In this document: positions 26,952 through 33,442 of the stretch, piece by piece
How the letters are laid out: the number at the start of each line of letters is the position of its first letter
Position numbering within the stretch: position 1 is the first letter of the stretch
DNA from: Hyphomicrobiaceae bacterium
GTDB taxonomy: Bacteria; Pseudomonadota; Alphaproteobacteria; Rhizobiales; Hyphomicrobiaceae
Direction of reading: 5' to 3'
Length of the DNA: 64,000 nucleotides
NCBI GenBank assembly: GCA_008933705.1
Contig: WBUN01000013.1
Span: 25,793 to 89,792 of the forward strand
Notes under the pieces: model-generated
The model's database searches: none
Told to the model about the DNA's origin: nothing
Seen by the model: the letters and a program-made list of their open reading frames with translations, nothing else
Position numbers and translations under genes: made by a program

Positions 26952-27118
26952 TGCGTGCCTCGGTGCCTGTTGATGTCGTCGACTCGACCAACGCACTTGG
27001 GAGGCGCCGGCCGCTGCGACCGGGTGATGGCGCGCCAAAAGCTGAACCAGCCGAGCGCCAGCACGCCGCCCCAGAGTACCCATTCGTATTGCGCCAGCGC
27101 GGCGAGACTGATGGTCAC
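26948..27118 (-). CDS. small membrane protein (56 aa, GTG start)
   Basis: GTGA overlap with the upstream gene and ATGA overlap with the downstream gene. TM helix WVLWGGVLALGWFSFW. Confidence 0.5.
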   Translation of the reverse strand: MTISLAALAQYEWVLWGGVLALGWFSFWRAITRSQRPAPPKCVGRVDDINRHRGTQ

Positions 27119-27372
27119 AGATGCGCCCCCTCGGCTAGGGTCGCCCGCACGGCGGCGATTTCCGCCCCCGGGAAGGCCGCCATGACGGTGGCCACCTCCG
27201 GGATCTGACGGATGATCAGCACCTCGGTCGCGAGCTGGCGGAACACCGCCTCGTGCCGGGCGAAGAACTCCAGCGTGCGGATGATGACCGCCAGGTCGGC
27301 GCGCTGATTGGCCGGAATGGCGCCCTCGATGCGCCGGGCCATGGCGACCTGGTGGCGGAGGTCGACGCTCAT
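27115..27372 (-). CDS. hypothetical phage protein (85 aa), first gene of leftward operon
   Basis: ORF with reasonable GC3, divergent from the coiled-coil array. Confidence 0.55.
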   Translation of the reverse strand: MSVDLRHQVAMARRIEGAIPANQRADLAVIIRTLEFFARHEAVFRQLATEVLIIRQIPEVATVMAAFPGAEIAAVRATLAEGAHL

Positions 27373-27461
27373 ACCGCCCCCGGATCGCTGCTGGCGCGCG
27401 CGACATGAACAGAGCGACGCGCCCCATGACGAGCCGCCAGCCTGCGTGCTACGATGCCGCC

Positions 27462-27698
27462 ATGGCCGACGAAGCCGACAACCTGGTGCTGCACTATCTG
27501 CCCCGCCTCGACGAGAAGGTCGATCAGCTGCACGAGGACATGCGCGAGGTGAAGGCGCGCCTGGGCCGGCTGGAGACCGGGCAGGCTGATCTGCAGGTGC
27601 AGCTGGCCGAGCATTCCGTGCGCTTTGACCGCCTCAACGCCCGTCTCGACCGCATCGAGCGCCGGCTGGAGCTGGCCGACCCGGCCACTCCGGGCTAG
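27462..27698 (+). CDS. small coiled-coil protein, paralogue 1 (78 aa)
   Basis: MADEADNLVLHYLPRLDEKVD...RLDRIERRLELADPATPG. TGACGA-N17-TACGAT ends 6 nt before the ATG. No SD sequence. Confidence 0.65.
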   Translation: MADEADNLVLHYLPRLDEKVDQLHEDMREVKARLGRLETGQADLQVQLAEHSVRFDRLNARLDRIERRLELADPATPG

Positions 27699-27707
27699 GA
27701 TGCCGCC

Positions 27708-27923
27708 ATGGCCGATGACCTCAAGGAGTTCGTGCACGAGCGCTTCCGTCGCACCGACGAGAAGCTCGACCGGGTGATCGAGCTTCTCGGGGACCTGCGC
27801 ATGCGGATCGGTATCCTCGAGCAACAGGGTGCTTCTCTCTCCAACCGCATTGACCGCATGGAGAGCCGCCTGGAGCGCATCGAGCGACGGCTCGATCTGA
27901 GCGACCCCGTCGTTTCCGGCTGA
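27708..27923 (+). CDS. small coiled-coil protein, paralogue 2 (71 aa)
   Basis: MADDLKEF...RLERIERRLDLSDPVVSG. It is preceded by TAGGATGCCGCC, whose TAG is the stop of paralogue 1. Confidence 0.65.
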   Translation: MADDLKEFVHERFRRTDEKLDRVIELLGDLRMRIGILEQQGASLSNRIDRMESRLERIERRLDLSDPVVSG

Positions 27924-28055
27924 ACCGACGATACGCCCGGGGCGGATTCCCGCCGCCGCCACCCTCAGATCGCTGCTGGCATACGCGAGCATGGGCGAGA
28001 GGCCGCCGCGACGCGCCCCATGACGAGCCATGCGCCGGCGTGCTAGGATGCCGCC

Positions 28056-28271
28056 ATGGCCGACACGCCCGATAACCTGATGCTGCATTATCTGCGCCGC
28101 CTCGACGAGAAGGTCGATCGGCTCGCCGAGGACGTGCGCGAGATCAGGACAACGCAGGCGGCCATGCTGCAGCTGCTCGCCAGCCACGACACCCATATGC
28201 CGCGCATTGAAATGCGGCTGGGCCGGCTGGAAGCCCGCCTCGGGTTGGCCGACCCGGCCATTCCGGGCTGA
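28056..28271 (+). CDS. small coiled-coil protein, paralogue 3 (71 aa)
   Basis: MADTPDNLMLHYLRRLDEKVDRL...RLEARLGLADPAIPG. TGACGA(28021)-N17-TAGGAT(28044), then 6 nt to the ATG. Confidence 0.65.
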   Translation: MADTPDNLMLHYLRRLDEKVDRLAEDVREIRTTQAAMLQLLASHDTHMPRIEMRLGRLEARLGLADPAIPG

Positions 28272-28388
28272 GCCCGCGCCGGCCGCACGGACAGAATGCC
28301 ACGGAATAGGCCCGGGGCGGGTTCCAGCCGCCGCCGGGCGTCTGCGCAGGCACTTGCGCAGGCCATCTGGATGCCCCACAATTAACAA

Positions 28389-28652
28389 ATGGCAGAAGTT
28401 CCCGACAACGCCTTGCTGCTCGCGGTCCTGCAGGAAATCAGGCAGGAGCAGAATAAGCAGCGCGCGCTGTTGCTGCAGACGGTCGATTATCTGCGCAAGA
28501 TGGAGCAGCGTCTCGATGCCCGGATCGTGGCGGCGCGCGATGATCTCGAGTTGATGCTGAAAAGCGAGCTGATGGGCAGTCTGACGCATTTTGAGACCAA
28601 GATTGAGGGCCTGTTGGCCCGGCATCTGGGCGCTGTTGAGAAGACGAATTAG
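28389..28652 (+). CDS. small coiled-coil protein, divergent paralogue 4 (87 aa)
   Basis: The MAEVPDNALLL start resembles the family. Heptad-rich. Confidence 0.55.
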   Translation: MAEVPDNALLLAVLQEIRQEQNKQRALLLQTVDYLRKMEQRLDARIVAARDDLELMLKSELMGSLTHFETKIEGLLARHLGAVEKTN

Positions 28653-28789
28653 AGAGAACCCCCTGTCGCGCCCCTCGCATGGCCCGGTAACGGCTGGAAC
28701 CGCTGCCGAGCCTTGGTGGGACAGGCTATGAATGTGCATATGCACGTTCATGCGAGGCCCCCTTGACGCCTGATGATGGCGCGCGACGC

Positions 28790-29005
28790 TCACGCGACGT
28801 TCTCCGTGCGGATGAGCCGCAGGCCGCCCTTGGTGGCCGCCAGCGTCTCCAGCTTGATCTCGTCGATCTCGCCGGCCAGGAGCTTCTTCAGCTCCGCCAG
28901 GGCCTCCGGACGCCGCTTCGCCTCGCCGATGTCGTCGCGGATGCGGGTGAGCAGGCGGTCGGTCGTGAGCGCCTTGGCGGACGGGATGGAAACGCGGATG
29001 GTCAT
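28790..29005 (-). CDS. hypothetical protein (71 aa)
   Basis: ATG 29005 is preceded by GAGGAC. Sequence MTIRVSIPSAKAL...; convergent with paralogue 4. Confidence 0.55.
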   Translation of the reverse strand: MTIRVSIPSAKALTTDRLLTRIRDDIGEAKRRPEALAELKKLLAGEIDEIKLETLAATKGGLRLIRTENVA

Positions 29006-29070
29006 TGTCGTCAGGTCCTCATTTGAGTTGCAGAGGACGCCCCCTGTGGCGCGACGCATGAACAGGGCAA

Positions 29071-29089
29071 TGTTGCAGAAAATGCAACA
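29071..29089. promoter_or_regulatory. candidate operator, perfect palindrome TGTTGCA-N5-TGCAACA
   Basis: GTTGC-N7-GCAAC core. The same half-sites and spacing occur at 30818-30834 in the CI/Cro intergenic region. Confidence 0.5.
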
Positions 29090-29224
29090 ATAGGTCAAGC
29101 GCAGAATTGCGCATTGTACAACTCAAGCGGTGGCAATTGCCGCTGTCGGCGCTACGCGCAGCTCCTCTAGGTAGGCGAGCGCGGGAATGGAATGCAGCGT
29201 TGACGTGCTGTGCTAAAGTGGGCC

Positions 29225-29491
29225 GTGGCTGACACGATCGAAAAGCGCGTTGCCGATCTGGAGCAGATCCTGGCGCACCTTCCGCAGGACCTGGACGCGC
29301 GCTTTGCGGGCGCCGATGCCCGCGCGGGCGCACGCTTCGATCGGCTGAACGTTCAGCTGCAGGCGCTCAAGGCGGAAGTGCAGCAGGGTCAAGTCGCCAC
29401 CGCCGGGCAGATTGCGGCCCTCGACCGCCGCATCGAAGGCATCGAGAGCAAGATCGATGAGCTGCTCGCGCGCTTGGGTCCGAAGCCCTAG
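29225..29491 (+). CDS. small coiled-coil protein, paralogue 5 (GTG start)
   Basis: The upstream GTGCTAAAGTGGGCC-GTGGCTGAC parallels GTGCTAGGATGCCGCC-ATGGCCGAC of the other copies. C-terminus RRIEGIESKIDELLARLG. Confidence 0.6.
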   Translation: MADTIEKRVADLEQILAHLPQDLDARFAGADARAGARFDRLNVQLQALKAEVQQGQVATAGQIAALDRRIEGIESKIDELLARLGPKP

Positions 29492-29494
29492 CCG
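29424..29494. repeat. 71-nt direct repeat, copy 1 (3' end of coiled-coil paralogue 5)
   Basis: accgccgcatcgaaggcatcgagagcaagatcgatgagctgctcgcgcgcttgggtccgaagccctagccg. Confidence 0.9.
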
Positions 29495-30087
29495 TGAAGA
29501 GCGCGGTGGGAGGAGACAATCACCCCCACGATCTGCGCATCGTCCGTTTCCATGTCAATCGAAGATGCGTTGCGCCCGGCGCTGTTCGTGATCAGCAGCG
29601 ATGGCGGAACAAATTGGCGCATCAGTGTGACAGCCTTGCCCGGCCTCTTGGAGTCATAATGATACTGAACACGGACCGCTGACAGGGCTGGGGGATTGGA
29701 GCAGATTTCGGCAGAACCATCTACAACCACGACATCTCCGTTTCTGATGCCCATCCGCGCAAGCGCGTCTGTGTGCACAGTCATCAGATAGCGGTTGCGC
29801 GTCTTGAGGCCTGCAAATGGATCGCTGGGGCCGAGCTCATAGGGCGTCAGCTCCTCGCGAAAACCTTTGAAATCCGCGGCAGAACTCTTGCCGTCATCCA
29901 GCCCAAGAACTTCAGCGGCGCGCCGCTCCAAGGCGGCGGCAATCTTCCGTGCATTCTCGCGTGACACGCCCCTCTTGCCATTCTCCATGCGCGAAATGTG
30001 TGCCACTGAAATGCCGGTCCTCTCCGCAAGTTCCTCTTGAGTAAGGCCCTTTGCCTCCCGCAGCTCGCGAATCCGGTTGTCTGTCAT
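29488..30087 (-). CDS. XRE-HTH / S24(LexA-CI)-fold repressor-like protein 1
   Basis: N-terminal HTH (LTQEELAERTGISVAHISRMENGKR). C-terminal beta-domain with GIRNGDVVVVD. Shares TLMRQFVPPSLLITNS and VGVIVSSH with the next gene. Confidence 0.8.
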   Translation of the reverse strand: MTDNRIRELREAKGLTQEELAERTGISVAHISRMENGKRGVSRENARKIAAALERRAAEVLGLDDGKSSAADFKGFREELTPYELGPSDPFAGLKTRNRYLMTVHTDALARMGIRNGDVVVVDGSAEICSNPPALSAVRVQYHYDSKRPGKAVTLMRQFVPPSLLITNSAGRNASSIDMETDDAQIVGVIVSSHRALHG

Positions 30088-30157
30088 ACCGCCATATCGA
30101 AGGCATCGAGAGTAAGCTCGATGAGCTGCTCGCGCGCTTGGGCCGAAGCCCTAGCCG
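30088..30157. repeat. 70-nt direct repeat, copy 2 (orphan 3' fragment)
   Basis: Four substitutions and a 1-nt deletion versus 29424-29494. Starts 1 nt after the ATG of repressor-like gene 1. Confidence 0.9.
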
Positions 30158-30179
30158 CCGAATCAAACAGGTCCAATGC

Positions 30180-30776
30180 TCAGGTCAGCTTTCCACCGTG
30201 CCAAGACACGATGACCCCTGTGATCCTGGCATCCTCAACTTCCATGTTGATCGGCGGGTAGTTCTCATCACGGCTGTTCGTGATCAATAGGCGGGGCGGG
30301 ATGAACTGGCGGATCAGTGTTGTAGGCTTCGCTCGCTCCTGTTTGTCATAGAGCTGCGCTACGACAGGATCCATGGCCTTCAACTTTCTTATGGCCTCCA
30401 CCGAAGTATCCAATACCGCCACGTAGCCGGCAAAAATACCGAGTTCGCTGAGTACGTTCGTTTTGATCTGGATGAGGCTCTGATTGGGTTTGAGCAGGCG
30501 GCTGAGGCCCTCCGAAGGGTCGGCTTCATAGTCGGCAGCATCTTCTCTGAGGGCAGGCGTGTCGATCCCCAGCACCTCGAACAGGCTGACGTCGAGGGCT
30601 TGCGCGATCTTGCGTGCCATATCGAGGTTCAGGCGCGTCTCCCCCGATTCCAGCCTCGAAACCTGGGACTTCGATATCAGCAACGCCTCGCCGAGCTCCT
30701 CCTGAGAGAGGCCGTGGCGTTCCCGCAAAGCTCTGATCCGACTCGCATGCATAAGCGCATTTTGCGTGCCGGGCAT
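30180..30776 (-). CDS. XRE-HTH / S24-fold repressor-like protein 2 (CI-like, divergent from cro-like)
   Basis: HTH (LSQEELGEALLISKSQVSRLESGE). C-domain TLIRQFIPPRLLITNS, TGVIVSWH. Alternative ATG at 30752. Confidence 0.8.
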   Translation of the reverse strand: MPGTQNALMHASRIRALRERHGLSQEELGEALLISKSQVSRLESGETRLNLDMARKIAQALDVSLFEVLGIDTPALREDAADYEADPSEGLSRLLKPNQSLIQIKTNVLSELGIFAGYVAVLDTSVEAIRKLKAMDPVVAQLYDKQERAKPTTLIRQFIPPRLLITNSRDENYPPINMEVEDARITGVIVSWHGGKLT

Positions 30777-30796
30777 CTCTTTGCAGGCCCGAAATA

Positions 30797-30834
30797 TGCA
30801 ACGTAATGTTGACAAATGTTGCAAATAACGCAAC
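30797..30834. promoter_or_regulatory. CI/Cro switch region: GCAAC/GTTGC inverted repeats and perfect TTGACA
   Basis: TGCAACgtaatGTTGAC (30797-30813), TTGACA (30809-30814), GTTGCaaataacGCAAC (30818-30834). AT-rich 85-bp divergent intergenic region. Confidence 0.5.
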
Positions 30835-30861
30835 TTTGCTTGAACACAAGGAGTGTGGCCG

Positions 30862-31089
30862 ATGCGGCTATGCGATTGGCTGAAAGCGGGAAATATGTCC
30901 GGCGTTGAGTTCGCCGACAAGATCGGGGTGCACCGATCAACGGTGAGCAGATGGCTAGCGGGCACCGCCAAGCCCAGATGGGACGAACTCCCCAAGATCG
31001 AAAGGGCTACCGACGGCAAGGTCATGGCCAACGACTTCGTGAGCATTGGCGCTCCGGTGTCGGCGCCACCGGCGCAGCCTGAGCGTTAG
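30862..31089 (+). CDS. Cro/YdaS-like small HTH protein
   Basis: AAGGAG lies 8 nt upstream. LCDWLKAGNMSGVEFADKIGVHRSTVSRWLAG is HTH-like. Divergent from the CI-like gene. Confidence 0.75.
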   Translation: MRLCDWLKAGNMSGVEFADKIGVHRSTVSRWLAGTAKPRWDELPKIERATDGKVMANDFVSIGAPVSAPPAQPER

Positions 31090-31147
31090 ATCGAGATTCA
31101 GAGGCAGATGCCGCATGACCCGCCCCGTTCGCCAGGACAGCTCAGCC

Positions 31148-31196
31148 AAGCGCAGCCCGGCCAGCCGGTCGCCGCGGCCGGTCAGCGCTTCGCCGG
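31148..31196. repeat. 49-nt repeat, copy 1 (3' end/terminator of 48-aa micro-ORF)
   Basis: aagcgcagcccggccagccggtcgccgcggccggtcagcgcttcgccgg. 47/49 identical to 31912-31960. Confidence 0.85.
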
Positions 31197-31328
31197 TGGC
31201 GCCTGGGGCAGCAGCTTCATCACGAGTTTCGTCAGTCTGCTCACTTGTTCCTCGAGAAGCGCAACGCGGGTGCGCAAATCCTGAAATTGCCTGTTCAGTT
31301 TCTGGAGGTCTGCGTCGGCAGAGGCCAT
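31182..31328 (-). CDS. micro coiled-coil protein (48 aa)
   Basis: Not in the ORF track (<60 aa). GGGAGGAACCC-ATG. Sequence MASADADLQKLNRQFQDLRTRVALLEEQVSRLTKLVMKLLPQAPPAKR. Confidence 0.45.
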   Translation of the reverse strand: MASADADLQKLNRQFQDLRTRVALLEEQVSRLTKLVMKLLPQAPPAKR

Positions 31329-31502
31329 GGGTTCCTCCCGGGAGAGGTTGCTCCCCGCCAGCCGATCTTAGGCGATCGAGGCGGGTGCTGAGCAAGTGGG
31401 GACCCGTCCTGCAAGGTGCGTCGTAGCGTTGCGTTCCCAACAACAGAGGGAGATGCAGCATGAACGGCCAGGAGGTGTGGCCACAGTCCGCGCCCTCGAC
31501 CT

Positions 31503-31757
31503 TCAGCGAGGCGGTTCGGATCTGTCGGGAGGCGAGAGCGGCGTCAGCAGGTCGCAAGCGAACATCCATACCGGCTGAGAAGCGACTGTCTCATCCGGTG
31601 GCTCCTGCTGTGCGAGGTTCTTCAGCTTGCTCCAAATCTGTTCAATGGCGGCAGCGCGGTTGGGAGCAGGCGGAAGAAGTGCGTCTAGCATTGCCTGGAG
31701 CACCAGCTCCAAGGCGGCAACGCGCTTTTGCAGAATGGTGGCTTCGAGCTCAGTCAC
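31503..31757 (-). CDS. small protein with N-terminal coiled coil (84 aa, GTG start)
   Basis: GGAGA lies 5 nt upstream of the GTG. TELEATILQKRVAALELVLQAML. GC3 about 70 percent. Overlapped on the opposite strand by the 31460 ORF. Confidence 0.45.
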   Translation of the reverse strand: MTELEATILQKRVAALELVLQAMLDALLPPAPNRAAAIEQIWSKLKNLAQQEPPDETVASQPVWMFACDLLTPLSPPDRSEPPR

Positions 31758-31911
31758 GTGCGTTCTCCGTCGGCTCGGCGCTTGCGCGCCTGTGGCGTCG
31801 CACCTTCAGGATAGGCCGAGTCGCCCAGCCGACGGATCGTCTCAACTCCGCGGCCAAGGAGACCGACGCGGCATGATCGCTCATCGTCCCTTACGTAACG
31901 CGAGCGCGCCG

Positions 31912-31960
31912 AAGCGCAGCCCGGCCAGCCGGCCGCCGCGGCCGGTCAGCGTTTCGCCGG
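31912..31960. repeat. 49-nt repeat, copy 2 (orphan)
   Basis: Same sequence with 2 substitutions. No intact upstream micro-ORF. Confidence 0.85.
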
Positions 31961-31984
31961 CGCCAGCGGTTCAGGAGAGCAACT

Positions 31985-32239
31985 ATGTCGGGTAATCCTA
32001 GCATCGCGGAATTCTTCCATGCAGAGAACGGGATGACGCGGTTCCCGGCGAATGTTGAGCAATTGCGCGTCGAGAGCGGTCCCGCGCACTGCTGGCTGAT
32101 CGCGCGCCGGAATGATGTCGAGCTCCGGTTCCTGCTCCGCGAGCAGGATAGACGATTCCTGGCTGGGCTTCTTGTGGCTGGTTTGGCCGACAGCCAAGCC
32201 TTGCGGCGGCCTGACGAGATTGCGGCGGACGACTGGTGA
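31985..32239 (+). CDS. hypothetical protein (84 aa)
   Basis: AGGAGAGCAACT-ATG. Normal composition. Ends 55 nt before tRNA-Met. Confidence 0.55.
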   Translation: MSGNPSIAEFFHAENGMTRFPANVEQLRVESGPAHCWLIARRNDVELRFLLREQDRRFLAGLLVAGLADSQALRRPDEIAADDW

Positions 32240-32294
32240 TCCCGCCGCCGAGTGTAACCAGTAGCGTGCTGTGGCGTCGCGTTCCCCCGCTTGG

Positions 32295-32372
32295 TGCAGG
32301 GTGGAGCAGTCCGGTCAGCTCGCGTGGTTCATACCCATGAGGTCGCCGGTTCGAATCCGGCCCCTGCTACCA
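32295..32372 (+). tRNA. prophage tRNA-Met (CAU) with initiator-like features
   Basis: Manual fold: TGCAGGG-TG-GAGC-AGTCCGGTCA-GCTC-G-CGTGG-TTCATAC-CCATG-AGGTC-GCCGG-TTCGAAT-CCGGC-CCCTGCT-A-CCA. Collinear with E. coli tRNA-fMet. Confidence 0.75.
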
Positions 32373-32419
32373 GCGTCCTGTCGTAGCGTTGCGTTCCTGA
32401 CAACAGAGGGAGATGCAGC

Positions 32420-32803
32420 ATGACCCGCGCAGAACTTATCGATGCGATCCTGGCCGGGGCCGCGTACGGCGCTACGCAGCGGGCGCTCAGGTCTGCGGTG
32501 GCGGCTTGCGCGATCATGAACCGTCCGAAACGCGTGGCACTCAAGCCGAAGTACCGGCCCAAGCGGCCATTCTCCCCCCGCAGCCGGGGCCGGCGCATCG
32601 GCCCGGCCTACGAGCCGCGCATCATTCTGCCGCCCGAGTTTCCGACGAACTACGAATACATGGCGGCCGGTTACCCCGACCAGCGCTTCACCGCCGCACA
32701 AGAGGCGGTCGAGGGACGACCCTTGCGGCGGCGCGCTTCGCATCTCTCAGTTATTGCTCAAGATCCGTCACCCGCTTTTGAAGGCGGCGGACCTGTTCCT
32801 TGA
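32420..32803 (+). CDS. hypothetical protein (127 aa)
   Basis: Preceded by the conserved leader with GAGGGAG. High GC3 for about 95 codons. The tail overlaps a convergent micro-ORF. Confidence 0.55.
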   Translation: MTRAELIDAILAGAAYGATQRALRSAVAACAIMNRPKRVALKPKYRPKRPFSPRSRGRRIGPAYEPRIILPPEFPTNYEYMAAGYPDQRFTAAQEAVEGRPLRRRASHLSVIAQDPSPAFEGGGPVP

Positions 32804-32852
32804 GCGCAGTCAGCTCGGTGTTCACGTCGGTCGTATCGGTAGGTGCAGACAT
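32751..32852 (-). CDS. micro coiled-coil protein (33 aa)
   Basis: CCTAGGAGAATTCCC-ATG. Sequence MSAPTDTTDVNTELTALKEQVRRLQKRVTDLEQ. Below the ORF-track size cutoff. Confidence 0.4.
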   Translation of the reverse strand: MSAPTDTTDVNTELTALKEQVRRLQKRVTDLEQ

Positions 32853-32893
32853 GGGAATTCTCCTAGGTTTGGTTGGTACTTCTCCAGGGTGAC

Positions 32894-32984
32894 CATCCTA
32901 GGTGATTCGGGCGGGGGCTGAAGTTCGGCACCCGCCCGATTGGGGGGCGGCGGACGACCGTTGCTCCCGCCGGCGCTTGTTCCA
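32894..32984. repeat. ~91-nt intergenic repeat with two hairpins, copy 1
   Basis: catcctaggtgattCGGGCGGGgGC-N9-GCACCCGCCCGattgg...ccgttgctcccgccggcg.ttgttcca. About 92 percent identical to copy 2. Confidence 0.85.
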
Positions 32985-33022
32985 AGTGGTGTCGTAGAGT
33001 CAATGTAGAAGGTTCAGAGGTT

Positions 33023-33223
33023 CTACTTGAGCAGGCGCCAAAGGACGGCGAGGGAAATGGCGATGTTGGTGCCCACCATCCACTTCAGGACGGCCATCTC
33101 GGCTTCGATCCTGGCAAAGCGCGCATCGAAGGTGGCGACGGACTCGGCGGCCTTGAGGGCCTTGTCCTCGCTGACATTGGCCTCCTTCAAGGCCTCGTAT
33201 ATCTCGCGGTTCATGGTCGCCAT
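33023..33223 (-). CDS. DUF1640-like small protein (coiled coil + C-terminal TM)
   Basis: MATMNREIYEALKEANVSEDKALKAAE...MAVLKWMVGTNIAISLAVLWRLLK resembles DUF1640. Confidence 0.65.
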   Translation of the reverse strand: MATMNREIYEALKEANVSEDKALKAAESVATFDARFARIEAEMAVLKWMVGTNIAISLAVLWRLLK

Positions 33224-33442
33224 GATTGAATGTGGCAGCGGGCTTGCCGGATTGCAAGCACCTCCCTCCCGGGAGGCCGAGGCCGCCTAATCAGGTCGCC
33301 GGCGGATGACCGTTGTTCCCGCCGGCAGCGTTCCCAGTAGCGTCGTGGCGTTGCGTTCCCAACAACAGAGGGAGAAGCCGCATGAGCCCCGCCGAGCAAC
33401 CTGAGCCGCGTCCCCGGGCGTTGCCGGGCCAGTTCATGATCC

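Noticed and set aside
27369-28793. 474-aa ORF on the minus strand spanning the whole coiled-coil array
   Set aside because: It is the antisense of four short, mutually homologous plus-strand genes that have conserved starts, stops and upstream blocks. Its protein is repetitive, His/Arg/Leu/Gly-rich, and has no RBS or recognisable domain. It is a typical long shadow ORF in high-GC DNA.
29200-29219. TTGACG (29200-29205) plus TAAAGT (29214-29219) as a sigma-70 promoter for coiled-coil paralogue 5
   Set aside because: The spacer is only 8 nt. Relative to copies 1 and 3, about 9 nt are missing, so this copy probably lacks the leaderless-type promoter geometry.
31460-31876. 138-aa plus-strand ORF (and the analogous 33313-33642 ORF) as full-length genes
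   Set aside because: Only the first 15-25 codons after the conserved leader show coding-like GC3. The rest overlaps better-supported minus-strand genes. They were kept as an observation (possible remnants or antisense units), not as CDS features.
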